A DNA stretch of 64,000 nt from an uncultured Methanomassiliicoccus sp. GTDB lineage: Archaea > Thermoplasmatota > Thermoplasmata > Methanomassiliicoccales > UBA472. Below the pieces are notes generated by a model. That model saw only the letters and a program-made list of their open reading frames with translations, searched no databases and had not been told where the DNA came from. Shown here piece after piece: positions 1 through 9,358 of the stretch. Location: the NCBI GenBank assembly GCA_964585915.1, contig CAZPFU010000005.1, positions 7,452 to 71,451 of the forward strand. Direction: 5' to 3'. The stretch's first letter is position 1; each line of letters opens with the position of its first letter. A program made the position numbers and the translations under genes.

Positions 1-1
1 G

Positions 2-190
2 GTGCTGGATTCGCTGCCCCGCACCGAGCGGAACGTGGACGTCACCGGCAGCATATTCGCTAAAATTCGCTATATGATAGACATGGCCTCGCTTACTGGC
101 GAATGCCTTGTTCTGAACGGGAAGGTACCCGGAAGGCTGGAGGCGGCCATCCGCGGCGAGGACGTTATAGCCTCCAAGGTGGTTTCATGA
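2..190 (+). CDS. Isopentenyl phosphate kinase, C-terminal fragment (gene runs off the window start)
   Basis: NVDVTGSIFAKI matches the DVTGGM-x-x-K motif of amino-acid-kinase-family IPK; its stop overlaps the fni start (ATGA); mevalonate/isoprenoid cluster context. Confidence 0.75.
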   Translation: MLDSLPRTERNVDVTGSIFAKIRYMIDMASLTGECLVLNGKVPGRLEAAIRGEDVIASKVVS

Positions 191-1245
191 AGAAGATCGA
201 GAGGCGCAAATCGGACCACATCGAAGTGACGCTCAAAGAGAAGGTCGTGCCCGACTACGATTACTGGTCGGACGTCAAGCTGGTCCACCGCGCTTTACCC
301 GAGGTCGATATGGACGATATCGACACCTCGGTGACGATCTTCGGCAAGAGACTGGAGATGCCCCTGGTGGTTACGGCCATAACCGGCGGGTTCCCGCTGG
401 CCAAGAAGATCAATCAGAACCTGGCGGAAGCGTGCGCTAAGGCGGGCGTCGGACTGGGCGTCGGCAGCCAGAGGCCGGCCATCGAGAGCGGGGACGATGG
501 AACATACTCGGTGGTCAAGGATTACGATGTCCCATTGGTCATAGGTAACGTAGGAGCGCCTCAGCTGGTCAAGCAGAAGAAAAAGAAGGCATTCAGCGTG
601 GAGGATGTTCTTAGAGCGCAGGAGGTCGTTGGGGCGGACATCATGGCCGTGCACCTTAACTTCCTGCAGGAAGTGGTACAGCCGGAGGGCGACCTGAACG
701 CCAAGGGATGCCTGGACGGCATCAGGGCGATCGCTCGCGAAGGTCCGACCATGGTCAAGGAGACCGGGGCCGGCATCTCTCGGGAGACCGCGCTTCTGTT
801 GAAAGGGACCGGAATACGGGGAATGGACGTCTCGGGCGTCGGGGGCACCAGCTTCGCCGCGGTGGAGATGTACCGGGCCGAGGCGCAGGAGAACCGTGTG
901 GCGTCCACCCTGGGACGAACGTTCTTGGATTGGGGGATCCCCGCCCCGGCGGCGGTGCTGGAGGCGGACGTCGGACTGGAGATCATCGCCAGCGGTGGCG
1001 TTGACGATGGATTAAGGATGGCCAAGGGATTGTCCATCGGGGCCAACGCCGCCGGCTGCGCACGTGCCGTCCTGGCGGAAGCGATGGAATCCAGCCAGGC
1101 GGTGCTTGACAAGCTCAATATCATGAAGGCCGAACTGAAGGCGGCCATGTTCCTGACCGGCTGCGCCAGCGTGAACGAGCTGCGCCAGCGCCGGGTGATA
1201 GTAAGCGGGCGGACCGCTGACTGGCTGACCGCCTCGGAGGACTGA
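187..1245 (+). CDS. fni: Type 2 isopentenyl-diphosphate delta-isomerase (FMN-dependent)
   Basis: RRKSDHI, TAITGG, GVGSQR, HLNFLQE, VKETGAG, GVGGTSFA motifs; ATG at 187 overlaps the upstream stop. Confidence 0.95.
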   Translation: MKKIERRKSDHIEVTLKEKVVPDYDYWSDVKLVHRALPEVDMDDIDTSVTIFGKRLEMPLVVTAITGGFPLAKKINQNLAEACAKAGVGLGVGSQRPAIESGDDGTYSVVKDYDVPLVIGNVGAPQLVKQKKKKAFSVEDVLRAQEVVGADIMAVHLNFLQEVVQPEGDLNAKGCLDGIRAIAREGPTMVKETGAGISRETALLLKGTGIRGMDVSGVGGTSFAAVEMYRAEAQENRVASTLGRTFLDWGIPAPAAVLEADVGLEIIASGGVDDGLRMAKGLSIGANAAGCARAVLAEAMESSQAVLDKLNIMKAELKAAMFLTGCASVNELRQRRVIVSGRTADWLTASED

Positions 1246-2237
1246 TGCTCATGGACCATCAACAGAGAACCAAGGAGATGATCAAGGAGGTCGACCGCGC
1301 CCTGATGAAGTACGTGGAGCGAGGCAAGCACGAGAAGCTGATACGGGCCATGCGCCATTACCCGGAAGCGGGGGGAAAGCGCATGAGGCCGGTCATGGCC
1401 ATGCTGGTGGCCGAGGCGGTCGGCAAGCGCGGAAAGGAAGCGCTGCCCTTCGGATGTTCCCTGGAGATCATCCACAACTTCACGCTGGTCCACGACGATG
1501 TCATCGACAAAGATCCCGTAAGACGTGGCCGGCCGGCGGTGCACATCGCCTTCGACGAGTCGACGGCCATCATCGCCGGGGACGCCCTCTTCGCCATCGC
1601 CTACGACGTGCTGGCAACAACGGACGTTGACGGCGAACGCCTGAGAAGGATGCTGCACACCGTCTCCGACACCGTGTTCCTGGTGGCGGAAGGCCAGCAG
1701 ATGGACGTGGACAACGAGGACCGCCCGACCGTATCCAGGGAGGAGTACCTGGACATGGTGGAGAAGAAGACCGCGGTGCTCTTCGCCTGCGCTGCGGAGG
1801 GCGGGGCGATCGTCGGCCACGGAACGGAGAAGCAGATCGCCGACATGAAGGAGTACGCGAGACTCTTGGGCATCGGCTTCCAGATCTGGGACGATGTGCT
1901 CGGAATTAAAGGGGATGCCAAGAAGGTCGGCAAGCCCATCGGCTCCGACATTCGGAACGGAAAGCGCACCCTGATCGTGTTGGACGCCCTGGAACGACTG
2001 GAGAAGGACAAGCGCAAGCATGTGCTCACCGACGCCCTGGGCAATGAGACGGCTAGTGACGAGCAGGTCAAGGCGGCCATCAAGCTATTGGAGGACATCG
2101 GTTCGATAGAGCATGCCCGCCAGTTCGCCCTGGACTACGCGAAACGCGCCAAGGACCTGCTCTCCTGCCTGAAGGACTCGGAGGAGAAGGAGATGCTGCG
2201 GGAGATGGTCGATTACGCGGTGGGACGGGAGCTCTGA
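1245..2237 (+). CDS. idsA: Geranylgeranyl diphosphate synthase (polyprenyl synthetase)
   Basis: GGKRMRP, FTLVHDDVIDKDPVRRG (FARM), FQIWDD (SARM), GKPIGSDIRNGK. Confidence 0.9.
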   Translation: MLMDHQQRTKEMIKEVDRALMKYVERGKHEKLIRAMRHYPEAGGKRMRPVMAMLVAEAVGKRGKEALPFGCSLEIIHNFTLVHDDVIDKDPVRRGRPAVHIAFDESTAIIAGDALFAIAYDVLATTDVDGERLRRMLHTVSDTVFLVAEGQQMDVDNEDRPTVSREEYLDMVEKKTAVLFACAAEGGAIVGHGTEKQIADMKEYARLLGIGFQIWDDVLGIKGDAKKVGKPIGSDIRNGKRTLIVLDALERLEKDKRKHVLTDALGNETASDEQVKAAIKLLEDIGSIEHARQFALDYAKRAKDLLSCLKDSEEKEMLREMVDYAVGREL

Positions 2238-2923
2238 GGCTCGGCCTCGATCCCCTTGTCGGTGAGATAGAATATCCCGAGCCGACCCTCGGCCAGGTGG
2301 CGGTGCTTCATCAGCAACGCACGGCGCTTGCTGGGGGCCAGCCTTTCCACCTTTATTATCGTCTTGGCGTTGTGATGCAGCACGTTGCCGCCTAGCGCCT
2401 CGAACGCTCCTGTCTCCACGTCAGTGTAGACCTGCGAGGTCACCACCACCGGAAGGTTGAGCTTCCTTGCGGCCGTCAACAGTTTGGCGCTCTGCCCGGC
2501 CAGAACGCGCCTTTCCGCCCGTTCGTCGTCCTTGCTCGCCAGCCGATAGAACATGGTCATCGAGTCGACCACTATGAGACCGACGTCCGGGTTCCCCTCG
2601 GCCAGTTTTATCGCTTTGACGATCATGCGGTCCTGGTCCTCCAGGCTGTGCACCTCGCTGACCAGCACCTCCCTGAGCACCTTCTCCTGGTCCTCCCCGG
2701 CGATCATGCGCAGCCTGAGCAGCGAGACGCCCTCCGAGTCCACATAGACCGTCTTGCGGCCCTCGAGGGCCAGGTTCTTGGCCAAGGTCAAGCAGAGATT
2801 GGTCTTGCCGGTCCCCGCCTCCCCGTAGATCAGGGTGAGGCATCCGCTCTCGATGCCCCCGGACATCATGTCGTCCAGGGGCTGGCATTTGAAGGGGACC
2901 AGCTTGAGCTCCTCCAAGTTCAC
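2213..2923 (-). CDS. radB: DNA repair and recombination protein RadB
   Basis: GGIESGCLTLIYGEAGTGKT Walker A, LIVVDSMT Walker B, KHRH basic patch typical of RadB. Confidence 0.92.
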   Translation of the reverse strand: MNLEELKLVPFKCQPLDDMMSGGIESGCLTLIYGEAGTGKTNLCLTLAKNLALEGRKTVYVDSEGVSLLRLRMIAGEDQEKVLREVLVSEVHSLEDQDRMIVKAIKLAEGNPDVGLIVVDSMTMFYRLASKDDERAERRVLAGQSAKLLTAARKLNLPVVVTSQVYTDVETGAFEALGGNVLHHNAKTIIKVERLAPSKRRALLMKHRHLAEGRLGIFYLTDKGIEAEPQSSRPTA

Positions 2924-3159
2924 TTCCTCTCCTGGTCCTTGGGGTCATTGAGCTGCTCCAAGGTGTACGATCCCGGCTGGGAGTCCCGTCCGCGCTTGGT
3001 CAAGTAGTAGGGAATGGCAGCCAGCCCGCCCAGCACCGCTACCAGAGCCAGAACGAGAACGGCCACGGCGACTATGACGATGATGGCCGCCACCAGCCAT
3101 TCCAGGTACCACAAGGCAAGCAGGGCCACGGCTATCACCCCGATTACCAGCAGGGCCAC
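2920..3159 (-). CDS. Small membrane protein of unknown function
   Basis: 79 aa, two hydrophobic helices and a charged tail; stop overlaps the radB start. Confidence 0.7.
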   Translation of the reverse strand: MALLVIGVIAVALLALWYLEWLVAAIIVIVAVAVLVLALVAVLGGLAAIPYYLTKRGRDSQPGSYTLEQLNDPKDQERK

Positions 3160-3190
3160 GATGGTGGCGTCCAGGGCCTTGGACGTTCGC

Positions 3191-3868
3191 TCACCCTCTG
3201 TTCGGCAGATACGGAACCAGGGAATTGGCCAGCTTGGACATGGTCATGGACTGCAGCACGATGCGCCCCGGACCGGTGAGGGTGGTGACGAACAGCCCCT
3301 CACCGCCGAACAGGGCGGTCTTGATGCCCAGGCTCTGGATGTCATAGGAGACGCTAGCTTCCCAGGCTGCGACGTTCGCAGTGGAGACCTTCATCACCTG
3401 TCCGGGAAGCAGGTTGTACTCGATGAAGTCGCCGGAGCCGGATATGAACACGGTGCCTTCGCCGTTAACCTTCTGAAGCACCAGCCCCTCACCGCCGAAG
3501 AGCGCGGCTCCGAACTTTCTTTGGAACGCTATGTCCAGGCTGACATGGGCCTCGGCCGCCAGGAACGCCGTCTTCTGCAATATCCATTGCCTTCCGCCCC
3601 GTAGGTCGATGGCCATGACCTTTCCCGGCACGTTTCCTCCGAAGCCTACCAGCCCCGGTCCGCCGTCGGCGTAGAAGTTGGTGACGAAGAAGGATTCCCC
3701 GGACACCGCCCTCTTCAGGCCGCCCATGATGCCGCCGGCGGCCTTGGTCTCCAGGCGGACGTTGCCGCTCATGTAGATCATGCTGCCCGCCTCGGAATAT
3801 ATCATCTCCCCTGGCATGAACTCCACGTTCACGAACTGCAGGTTATCCCCAGTGATGCTGTACTTCAT
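3191..3868 (-). CDS. AIM24/TIGR00266 family protein
   Basis: Three repeated units with the GESFF / FGGEGL / FGGEGLF pattern. Confidence 0.85.
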   Translation of the reverse strand: MKYSITGDNLQFVNVEFMPGEMIYSEAGSMIYMSGNVRLETKAAGGIMGGLKRAVSGESFFVTNFYADGGPGLVGFGGNVPGKVMAIDLRGGRQWILQKTAFLAAEAHVSLDIAFQRKFGAALFGGEGLVLQKVNGEGTVFISGSGDFIEYNLLPGQVMKVSTANVAAWEASVSYDIQSLGIKTALFGGEGLFVTTLTGPGRIVLQSMTMSKLANSLVPYLPNRG

Positions 3869-3980
3869 CGTATCCCTGCTGATGGTTACGTGCTTGATGA
3901 TATTTCCACTTATTCCGAGGTTGTGGACGTAGGTTCATCGTAACGGAAAGGCCCTACCAGGGCGGCAAAGATGGAAGCGC

Positions 3981-5678
3981 ATGAACGGAGACATGGACCT
4001 GTTCCCCTTCCCTTCTGCCCGGCGGGGACAGTCCGATTTTCTACGCGAGGCTCGCGAATGCGCTGACCAGGGGAGGGTCCTGGTGGCCCACGCCCCCACC
4101 GGCCTGGGCAAGACCGCGGTGGCGCTCACGGCCTCCCTGGAGGCTTCGCTCCGGGACGGCGGCCGGACGGTGTTCCTCACGCCCAGGCAGTCCCAGCACC
4201 GGGCGGTCATCGAGACGGTGAAGATGATGCCCCGGAACATTGGGACGGTCGATCTGCTGTCCAGGGAGAGCATGTGCCCCCACGGCCCCCGCTCGCCCTG
4301 CCTGGAGGGAAGGAGATGCCACCTGCAGGCCGACCACAAGATAACGCAGTGCGCCAGGGAGATTTTGGGAAGGCCGATGCACGCCCAGGAGCTTGTGGCC
4401 TTGTGCTTGAGACGGGGAGCCTGCCCGTACCTCTCGGCCAAGATGGCCTCCGGCGGGGCCGACCTCGTGGTCGGCGATGTCTCTCGCGTTTTTGGCAACC
4501 TGCCTGACATCATCCACTTCCGTTCATCCTCCAGGAAGCAGCATCTGGTGGCCGACGAGGCGCATAACCTGCCGACCAGGATCATGGACTCCTTCAGCCG
4601 GGACCTGGTCCTGGACCCTGGTTCGGAGCATCCTTTGCAGGCGGTATGGCGGGACATGCTCTCCAGCGGCCATCGTATCGTCCCGATGGGCGAGCTGCGC
4701 TCTCTTCTGGACCGCTACGGGCTGCCGGAGCCGGAGGAGCTGGCCGATACGGACGCCATGGTCGGGGACTGGATACGCCTGGGCGAGGCGGCCGTTCGCA
4801 TTGCCTACCCGAACGAGGGGCGGATATCGCTGCGATTCCTGGAACCGGACCTGGTGGTCAGGAACGTGGTCCAGGATTGCCACGGGGCCATCTTCATGAG
4901 CGGGACGCTGCATCCGCCGGAGGTCTTCGCTTCCCGTATGGGTATTACGGAAGCGGAATGCCGCTCCTATCCCTCGCCGTTCGATCCGGCGCGGAGGCTT
5001 GCCCTGGTCGTACCGGACGTGGGCACCAGGTTCCGCGACCGCTGCCGGCGGACGACGACGGAGATGGCCTTGCGCATCGGCGAGCTGGCCGAACAGGTCC
5101 CGGGCAACCTGATGGTCTTCCTTCCCTCGTACACCTACATGAGCGCCGTTCACCGCACGCTGCGGCGCCTGGGGCAGAGAAAGCTGTTGTTGTGCGAAAG
5201 TCCGCTCATGAGCAAGGCCGACCGGGACGGGCTGGCCGACCTTTTAGGCGGAGGAAGGGAGGTACTTATGCTCTGCAACATCCGCGGCTCCTTCTCGGAG
5301 GGGGTGGACCTTCCGGCGGGATGCCTGTCGGCGGTGATGGTGGCCGGACTGCCGCTGACCCCGCCGAGCCTGGAGCGGAGGGAGATGCTGTTGCGCGCAT
5401 CCACCAGGGTCGGGGAACGTTACGATCTGGAAACGTACGAGGCGCTTAGCCGGGTGCTGCAGGCCTGCGGCCGGGCCATAAGAAGGGAGGAGGACCGGGC
5501 GGCGGTGATCCTCCTGGACTCCAGGTACCTGGAGGCAAAGGTGCGGCGCATGCTTCCCCCGGACCTGCGCTTCGCCGAAGGCGATCCGGTGGAACTGCTG
5601 AGCGATTTCTTCGGAACCTCCATGGAAACGCCATGGAAGCTCCAGCAGGAGGGTGAAAGGATAATAACCGGGCATTGA
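3981..5678 (+). CDS. xpd: XPD/Rad3 (DinG family) Fe-S DNA helicase
   Basis: APTGLGKT, Cys cluster (CPHG..C..C..CPY), DEAH, MSGTL, SEGVD, QACGRAIR helicase motifs. Confidence 0.85.
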   Translation: MNGDMDLFPFPSARRGQSDFLREARECADQGRVLVAHAPTGLGKTAVALTASLEASLRDGGRTVFLTPRQSQHRAVIETVKMMPRNIGTVDLLSRESMCPHGPRSPCLEGRRCHLQADHKITQCAREILGRPMHAQELVALCLRRGACPYLSAKMASGGADLVVGDVSRVFGNLPDIIHFRSSSRKQHLVADEAHNLPTRIMDSFSRDLVLDPGSEHPLQAVWRDMLSSGHRIVPMGELRSLLDRYGLPEPEELADTDAMVGDWIRLGEAAVRIAYPNEGRISLRFLEPDLVVRNVVQDCHGAIFMSGTLHPPEVFASRMGITEAECRSYPSPFDPARRLALVVPDVGTRFRDRCRRTTTEMALRIGELAEQVPGNLMVFLPSYTYMSAVHRTLRRLGQRKLLLCESPLMSKADRDGLADLLGGGREVLMLCNIRGSFSEGVDLPAGCLSAVMVAGLPLTPPSLERREMLLRASTRVGERYDLETYEALSRVLQACGRAIRREEDRAAVILLDSRYLEAKVRRMLPPDLRFAEGDPVELLSDFFGTSMETPWKLQQEGERIITGH

Positions 5679-5690
5679 CTTCCCTTAGGC

Positions 5691-6302
5691 GTGATCATAA
5701 GAAGAGGGGCGGAGGCGGAGATCCGCCGGGACGTGTTCATGGGACGAAGCGTCCTAGTAAAGAGCAGGGTGCCCAAGTCCTACCGCCATCCCGCGCTGGA
5801 CCAGTCGCTGCGCGCCCACCGTACCAGGGTGGAGGCCAGATTGCTGCAGGAGGCCCGCTCCTGCGGGGTGCCCACCCCGATAATCTACGATATCGACACG
5901 GTGAAGGCGGAGATCTGGATGCAGGAGATCGCGGGACCGAGGGCCAAGGACGCTCTGCTGACGGCGGGTCCGGAGGAGGTCCGCGCGATATCCCAGGAGA
6001 TCGGGCGGATGGTGGCCAGGCTTCATTCCCACGGCATGACGCATGGGGACCTGACGACATCCAACATGATCCTCCGCGGCGGCAAGGTGTTCTTCATCGA
6101 CCTCTCGCTGGGAAGCAAGGCCGCCAGCCTGGAGGAGATGGGAGTGGACCTTCATCTTCTCCGTGAGGCGTTCCAGTCCGCCCATTCCGACATGATGTAC
6201 GCTTACGACATCATCGCCGAGACGTACGCTTCCGAATACGGCGGAGGAAAGGAGGTCCTGTCCAAGGTGAAGGACATCGAGGAAAGGGGGCGGTACGCCT
6301 GA
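5691..6302 (+). CDS. bud32: KEOPS complex kinase Bud32 (stand-alone, not fused to Kae1)
   Basis: RGAEAEI, KSYRHP.LD, HGDLTTSN, FIDLSL, VDLHLL, IEERGRY. Confidence 0.92.
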   Translation: MIIRRGAEAEIRRDVFMGRSVLVKSRVPKSYRHPALDQSLRAHRTRVEARLLQEARSCGVPTPIIYDIDTVKAEIWMQEIAGPRAKDALLTAGPEEVRAISQEIGRMVARLHSHGMTHGDLTTSNMILRGGKVFFIDLSLGSKAASLEEMGVDLHLLREAFQSAHSDMMYAYDIIAETYASEYGGGKEVLSKVKDIEERGRYA

Positions 6303-6865
6303 AGCTCTCCCTCGTGACCTCCAACAAGCACAAACTGGAGGAGTACCGCCACGGCCTGGAGCGTTTGGGGGTGGACATCGAGCTGCTGAAGGCGGACTGC
6401 GAGGAGATCCAGACCGACACGCTGCAGAAGGTGGTGCGGTCCTGCGTGGAGCAGCTCAAGGACCAGGGACACCGCAACTTCATGCTGGACGACTCCGGGC
6501 TGTTCGTACCATCGTTGAACGGTTTTCCGGGAGTGTACTCGGCGTACGTCATGGAGACCATCGGCTGCCAGGGCATGCTCCGCCTCATCGACGGACTGGA
6601 CCGCAGGGCGCGCTTCGAGTGCTGCATCGGCGTATGCTCGGACGAGCTTGGCGAGTTCTCGGTGACCGGGGTGTCGCCTGGACGCATCATCTACGAGGAA
6701 AGGGGGACCGGGGGCTTTGGCTACGACCCCATTTTCGTGCCGGACGGCGAGGAGAGGACCTTCGCCCAGATGGACATGCTGGCAAAGAACCATCATTCCC
6801 ACCGCGGAAGAGCGATGGTCCTACTGGCCGCGGAGATAAAGAAAAGGATGGGGAAGCGGAAATGA
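6299..6865 (+). CDS. rdgB: Non-canonical purine NTP pyrophosphatase (RdgB/Ham1, dITP/XTPase)
   Basis: TSNKHK, EEIQTD, DDSGL, GFPGVYSA, GFGYDPIF, SHRGRA; start either CTG 6299 or GTG 6314. Confidence 0.9.
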   Translation: MKLSLVTSNKHKLEEYRHGLERLGVDIELLKADCEEIQTDTLQKVVRSCVEQLKDQGHRNFMLDDSGLFVPSLNGFPGVYSAYVMETIGCQGMLRLIDGLDRRARFECCIGVCSDELGEFSVTGVSPGRIIYEERGTGGFGYDPIFVPDGEERTFAQMDMLAKNHHSHRGRAMVLLAAEIKKRMGKRK

Positions 6866-7824
6866 AGATCAGAGGAAGCAACATAGTGGTCACCGGATGC
6901 GCGGGGTTCATCGGAAGTCATCTTACGGACGCGTTGCTGGCCATGGGCAACCACGTGGTGGGCGTGGACAACCTCAGCGCCGGGCGCCGGGAGTTCATGG
7001 AGGAAGCAGAGGGCTATCAGGACTTCCGGTTCGTGCAGGCCGACCTGTTGAACGATGACCTGAGGCCGATATTCAAGGGGGCGGACGCCGTGATGCACAT
7101 GGCCGCCAATCCCGACGTGCGTTCGGGGGCCAAGGACACCCTGTCGCATTACCGGCAGAACATAGAGGTTACGTACAAAGTGCTGGAGGCCATGAAGGAG
7201 ACCGGGGTCAAGGACATACTGTTCCCTTCCACGTCCACCGTGTACGGGGAGCCGGCGGTCATTCCCACCCCGGAGGAGTATGGTCCGCTGGTGCCCATCT
7301 CCGTCTACGGAGCGACGAAGTTGGCCTGCGAAGCGCTGATCTGCTCCTACGCCCACTCCTTCGACATGAACGGGGTGATCTTCAGGTTCGCCAACGTGGT
7401 GGGCACCAGGAGCACGCACAACGTGCTGCACGACTTCATCAACAAACTGAAGGCCGACCCCGGGCGCCTGGAGATACTGGGCTCGGAGCCGGGCACCACC
7501 AAATCGTACGTGCACGTGGAGGATTGCGTGCGCGGCATGCTCATCGGCGCGGAGTACGCAAGGAACAAGGTGGAGATCTTCAACCTGGGCTCCAACGACC
7601 GCCTTTCGGTGAAGGACATCGCCGACACCGTGGTGCAGGTCATGGGTCTGCGCGGCGTCCGTTACGAATGGACCGGCGGGGTGCAGGGCGGGCGGGGCTG
7701 GATAGGGGACGTGAAGAACATGCTGCTGGCCTCGGACAAGCTGCGCTCCTACGGCTGGGAGCCGACCATGAACAGCTCCCAGGCCATCAAGAAGGCGGTG
7801 CGCGAGATTGTGCGGAACGCCTAG
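6862..7824 (+). CDS. NAD-dependent epimerase/dehydratase (UDP-glucose 4-epimerase-like)
   Basis: TGCAGFIG Rossmann motif, STSTVYG, YGATK catalytic motif. Confidence 0.9.
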   Translation: MKIRGSNIVVTGCAGFIGSHLTDALLAMGNHVVGVDNLSAGRREFMEEAEGYQDFRFVQADLLNDDLRPIFKGADAVMHMAANPDVRSGAKDTLSHYRQNIEVTYKVLEAMKETGVKDILFPSTSTVYGEPAVIPTPEEYGPLVPISVYGATKLACEALICSYAHSFDMNGVIFRFANVVGTRSTHNVLHDFINKLKADPGRLEILGSEPGTTKSYVHVEDCVRGMLIGAEYARNKVEIFNLGSNDRLSVKDIADTVVQVMGLRGVRYEWTGGVQGGRGWIGDVKNMLLASDKLRSYGWEPTMNSSQAIKKAVREIVRNA

Positions 7825-8960
7825 AACAGCGTGAACACGGTCTCCCCGGTGACGTCTATCAGCTTGATCCAGTCGCCGTCCTCGAAGTTCCAGTTGACCC
7901 CGCCCGATGGACCTTTAGCAGGGGAGGAGGAGGCCGGATGACCGCCGACGTAGGGCAGGCCGTTGGTGTCTATCACAAGCCAGTAACCGAGATCGTCCAG
8001 CGTGTAGTACACCGGCACCGGGTTCCCGTAATAGGTCTGGATAGCGTCGACCACCTCGCCTATGACCGAGGCGTTCCCGACGTACACCGTGGGGAAGGCG
8101 TGCCCGGCGATCAGGTTCACCCGGCAGGTCCCCCCCAGCACGGTGATCAGGGACCCCAGCAGCAGGGAGTGGTCCTCGCAGTCCCCAGAACCGAGCGCGA
8201 TGGTCTCGGCCGGCGATTGCCAATGGTTGTTCTCGTCCTCGGCGTACGCTATCCTCTGGCCGACCAGCTCGTACGCCTCTATCACCTGCAATAGACTGTA
8301 GTTCCCGGGGACGACGGAGCGCACCTCATCGGCCAGCGATCCAACGACCTCCAGGTCGATCAGCTCGTTCACCTTGTTGTAGTAATTCACGGGATTCCTT
8401 TCCACGTCCCATTCCCGCGGGGCATCCTCATCGACCACATCTATTTCGATCGTGCCGACGGATATCTCGCCCTGGTCGTCCCACAGCTCGCCGTCCGACG
8501 AGGATGTCCATATCTCGGCCCATACCTCCAGGGTGGCCGGCCCGGCCTTCCCCGGACCGGCGAAATAAAGATCCCCCAGATACTCTAGACCACCGGGCGA
8601 GATATGGCGAGAGCAGTTCACCTGGAAGGTTTCGTTCCCGCCCTCCCAGACCGCGAAGTAGTGATGCACATAGGCGTCGTTGCTCCCATCGTTCCCGATG
8701 AGCAGTTCCAACGCACCTCCGAAGGAGACGTACACTGTAGGAAAGTAGTTGATCGCGGGCAGCACATGCATGGGATAGTTCATTCCGCTCAACGGGCCCG
8801 GGTACCCTTCGTCGCGGAAGATGTCGTTGATGAAAGGGGCGTTGAGATCGCCCTCGTCGAATCCGGATGCGGTCTGGACGAATCCTTGGAAGAGGAAAAC
8901 GACCAGGAGCATGACCACCACCGCTGCCGCCACCGCAATGGCTGCCCAGGCCTTCTTCAT
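7821..8960 (-). CDS. Membrane-anchored transglutaminase-like cysteine protease domain protein
   Basis: N-terminal TM/signal helix; WQSPAET..GSGDCEDHSLL (catalytic Cys), GHAF (His), W.VID (Asp). Confidence 0.75.
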   Translation of the reverse strand: MKKAWAAIAVAAAVVVMLLVVFLFQGFVQTASGFDEGDLNAPFINDIFRDEGYPGPLSGMNYPMHVLPAINYFPTVYVSFGGALELLIGNDGSNDAYVHHYFAVWEGGNETFQVNCSRHISPGGLEYLGDLYFAGPGKAGPATLEVWAEIWTSSSDGELWDDQGEISVGTIEIDVVDEDAPREWDVERNPVNYYNKVNELIDLEVVGSLADEVRSVVPGNYSLLQVIEAYELVGQRIAYAEDENNHWQSPAETIALGSGDCEDHSLLLGSLITVLGGTCRVNLIAGHAFPTVYVGNASVIGEVVDAIQTYYGNPVPVYYTLDDLGYWLVIDTNGLPYVGGHPASSSPAKGPSGGVNWNFEDGDWIKLIDVTGETVFTLF

Positions 8961-9042
8961 GCAGGGTGTTTGCCGTTGCGGATTATTTATTTCTTGCCAG
9001 GTCAGCAACTATTTATTACCGGACATTCCATCCCGCCGCCGA

Positions 9043-9120
9043 GGGGCCGTGGGGTAGCTTGGTCCATCCTTCGGGCTTTGGGAGCCTGAGACTCCGATTC
9101 AAATTCGGACGGCCTCACCA
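9043..9120 (+). tRNA. tRNA-Pro (TGG), CCA encoded
   Basis: Acceptor GGGGCCG/CGGCCTC, anticodon arm CGGGC-TT-TGG-GA-GCCTG, T arm TCCGA-TTCAAAT-TCGGA, ends ACCA. Confidence 0.95.
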
Positions 9121-9202
9121 TGACCTTTTCATTCCCGCCCGGACCATCAGGGGATAGCTTGATTCATCAGGCCTTCCTATCAAGGACCGACGAGGTGTTG
9201 TT

Positions 9203-9358
9203 TTGTTCGGAAGGGGTAGAGGACGGACCGGGGACCCGCCATCCGAGTGCTTGTGCCCCAACTGCGGCCACAGCGAGCCGCACGAGCGGGGGAGACCGTG
9301 CTCCAGCCTGAAGTGCCCGAGGTGCGGCACCAGGATGATCGGGAAATGGGAGAGATGA
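9203..9358 (+). CDS. 51-aa Cys-rich zinc-ribbon microprotein (not in the ORF track)
   Basis: TTG start after GAGGTG; MFGRGRGRTGDPPSECLCPNCGHSEPHERGRPCSSLKCPRCGTRMIGKWER; stop overlaps the CDF ATG (ATGA). Confidence 0.8.
   Translation: MFGRGRGRTGDPPSECLCPNCGHSEPHERGRPCSSLKCPRCGTRMIGKWER

Noticed and set aside
561-2021. Long antisense or alternative-frame ORFs (for example 561-2021, 9115-10713, 23890-24906, 33860-34939, 43308-45005, 47108-48280)
   Set aside because: They shadow well-supported genes, have no motifs, and are expected from high GC3 suppressing stops on the opposite strand
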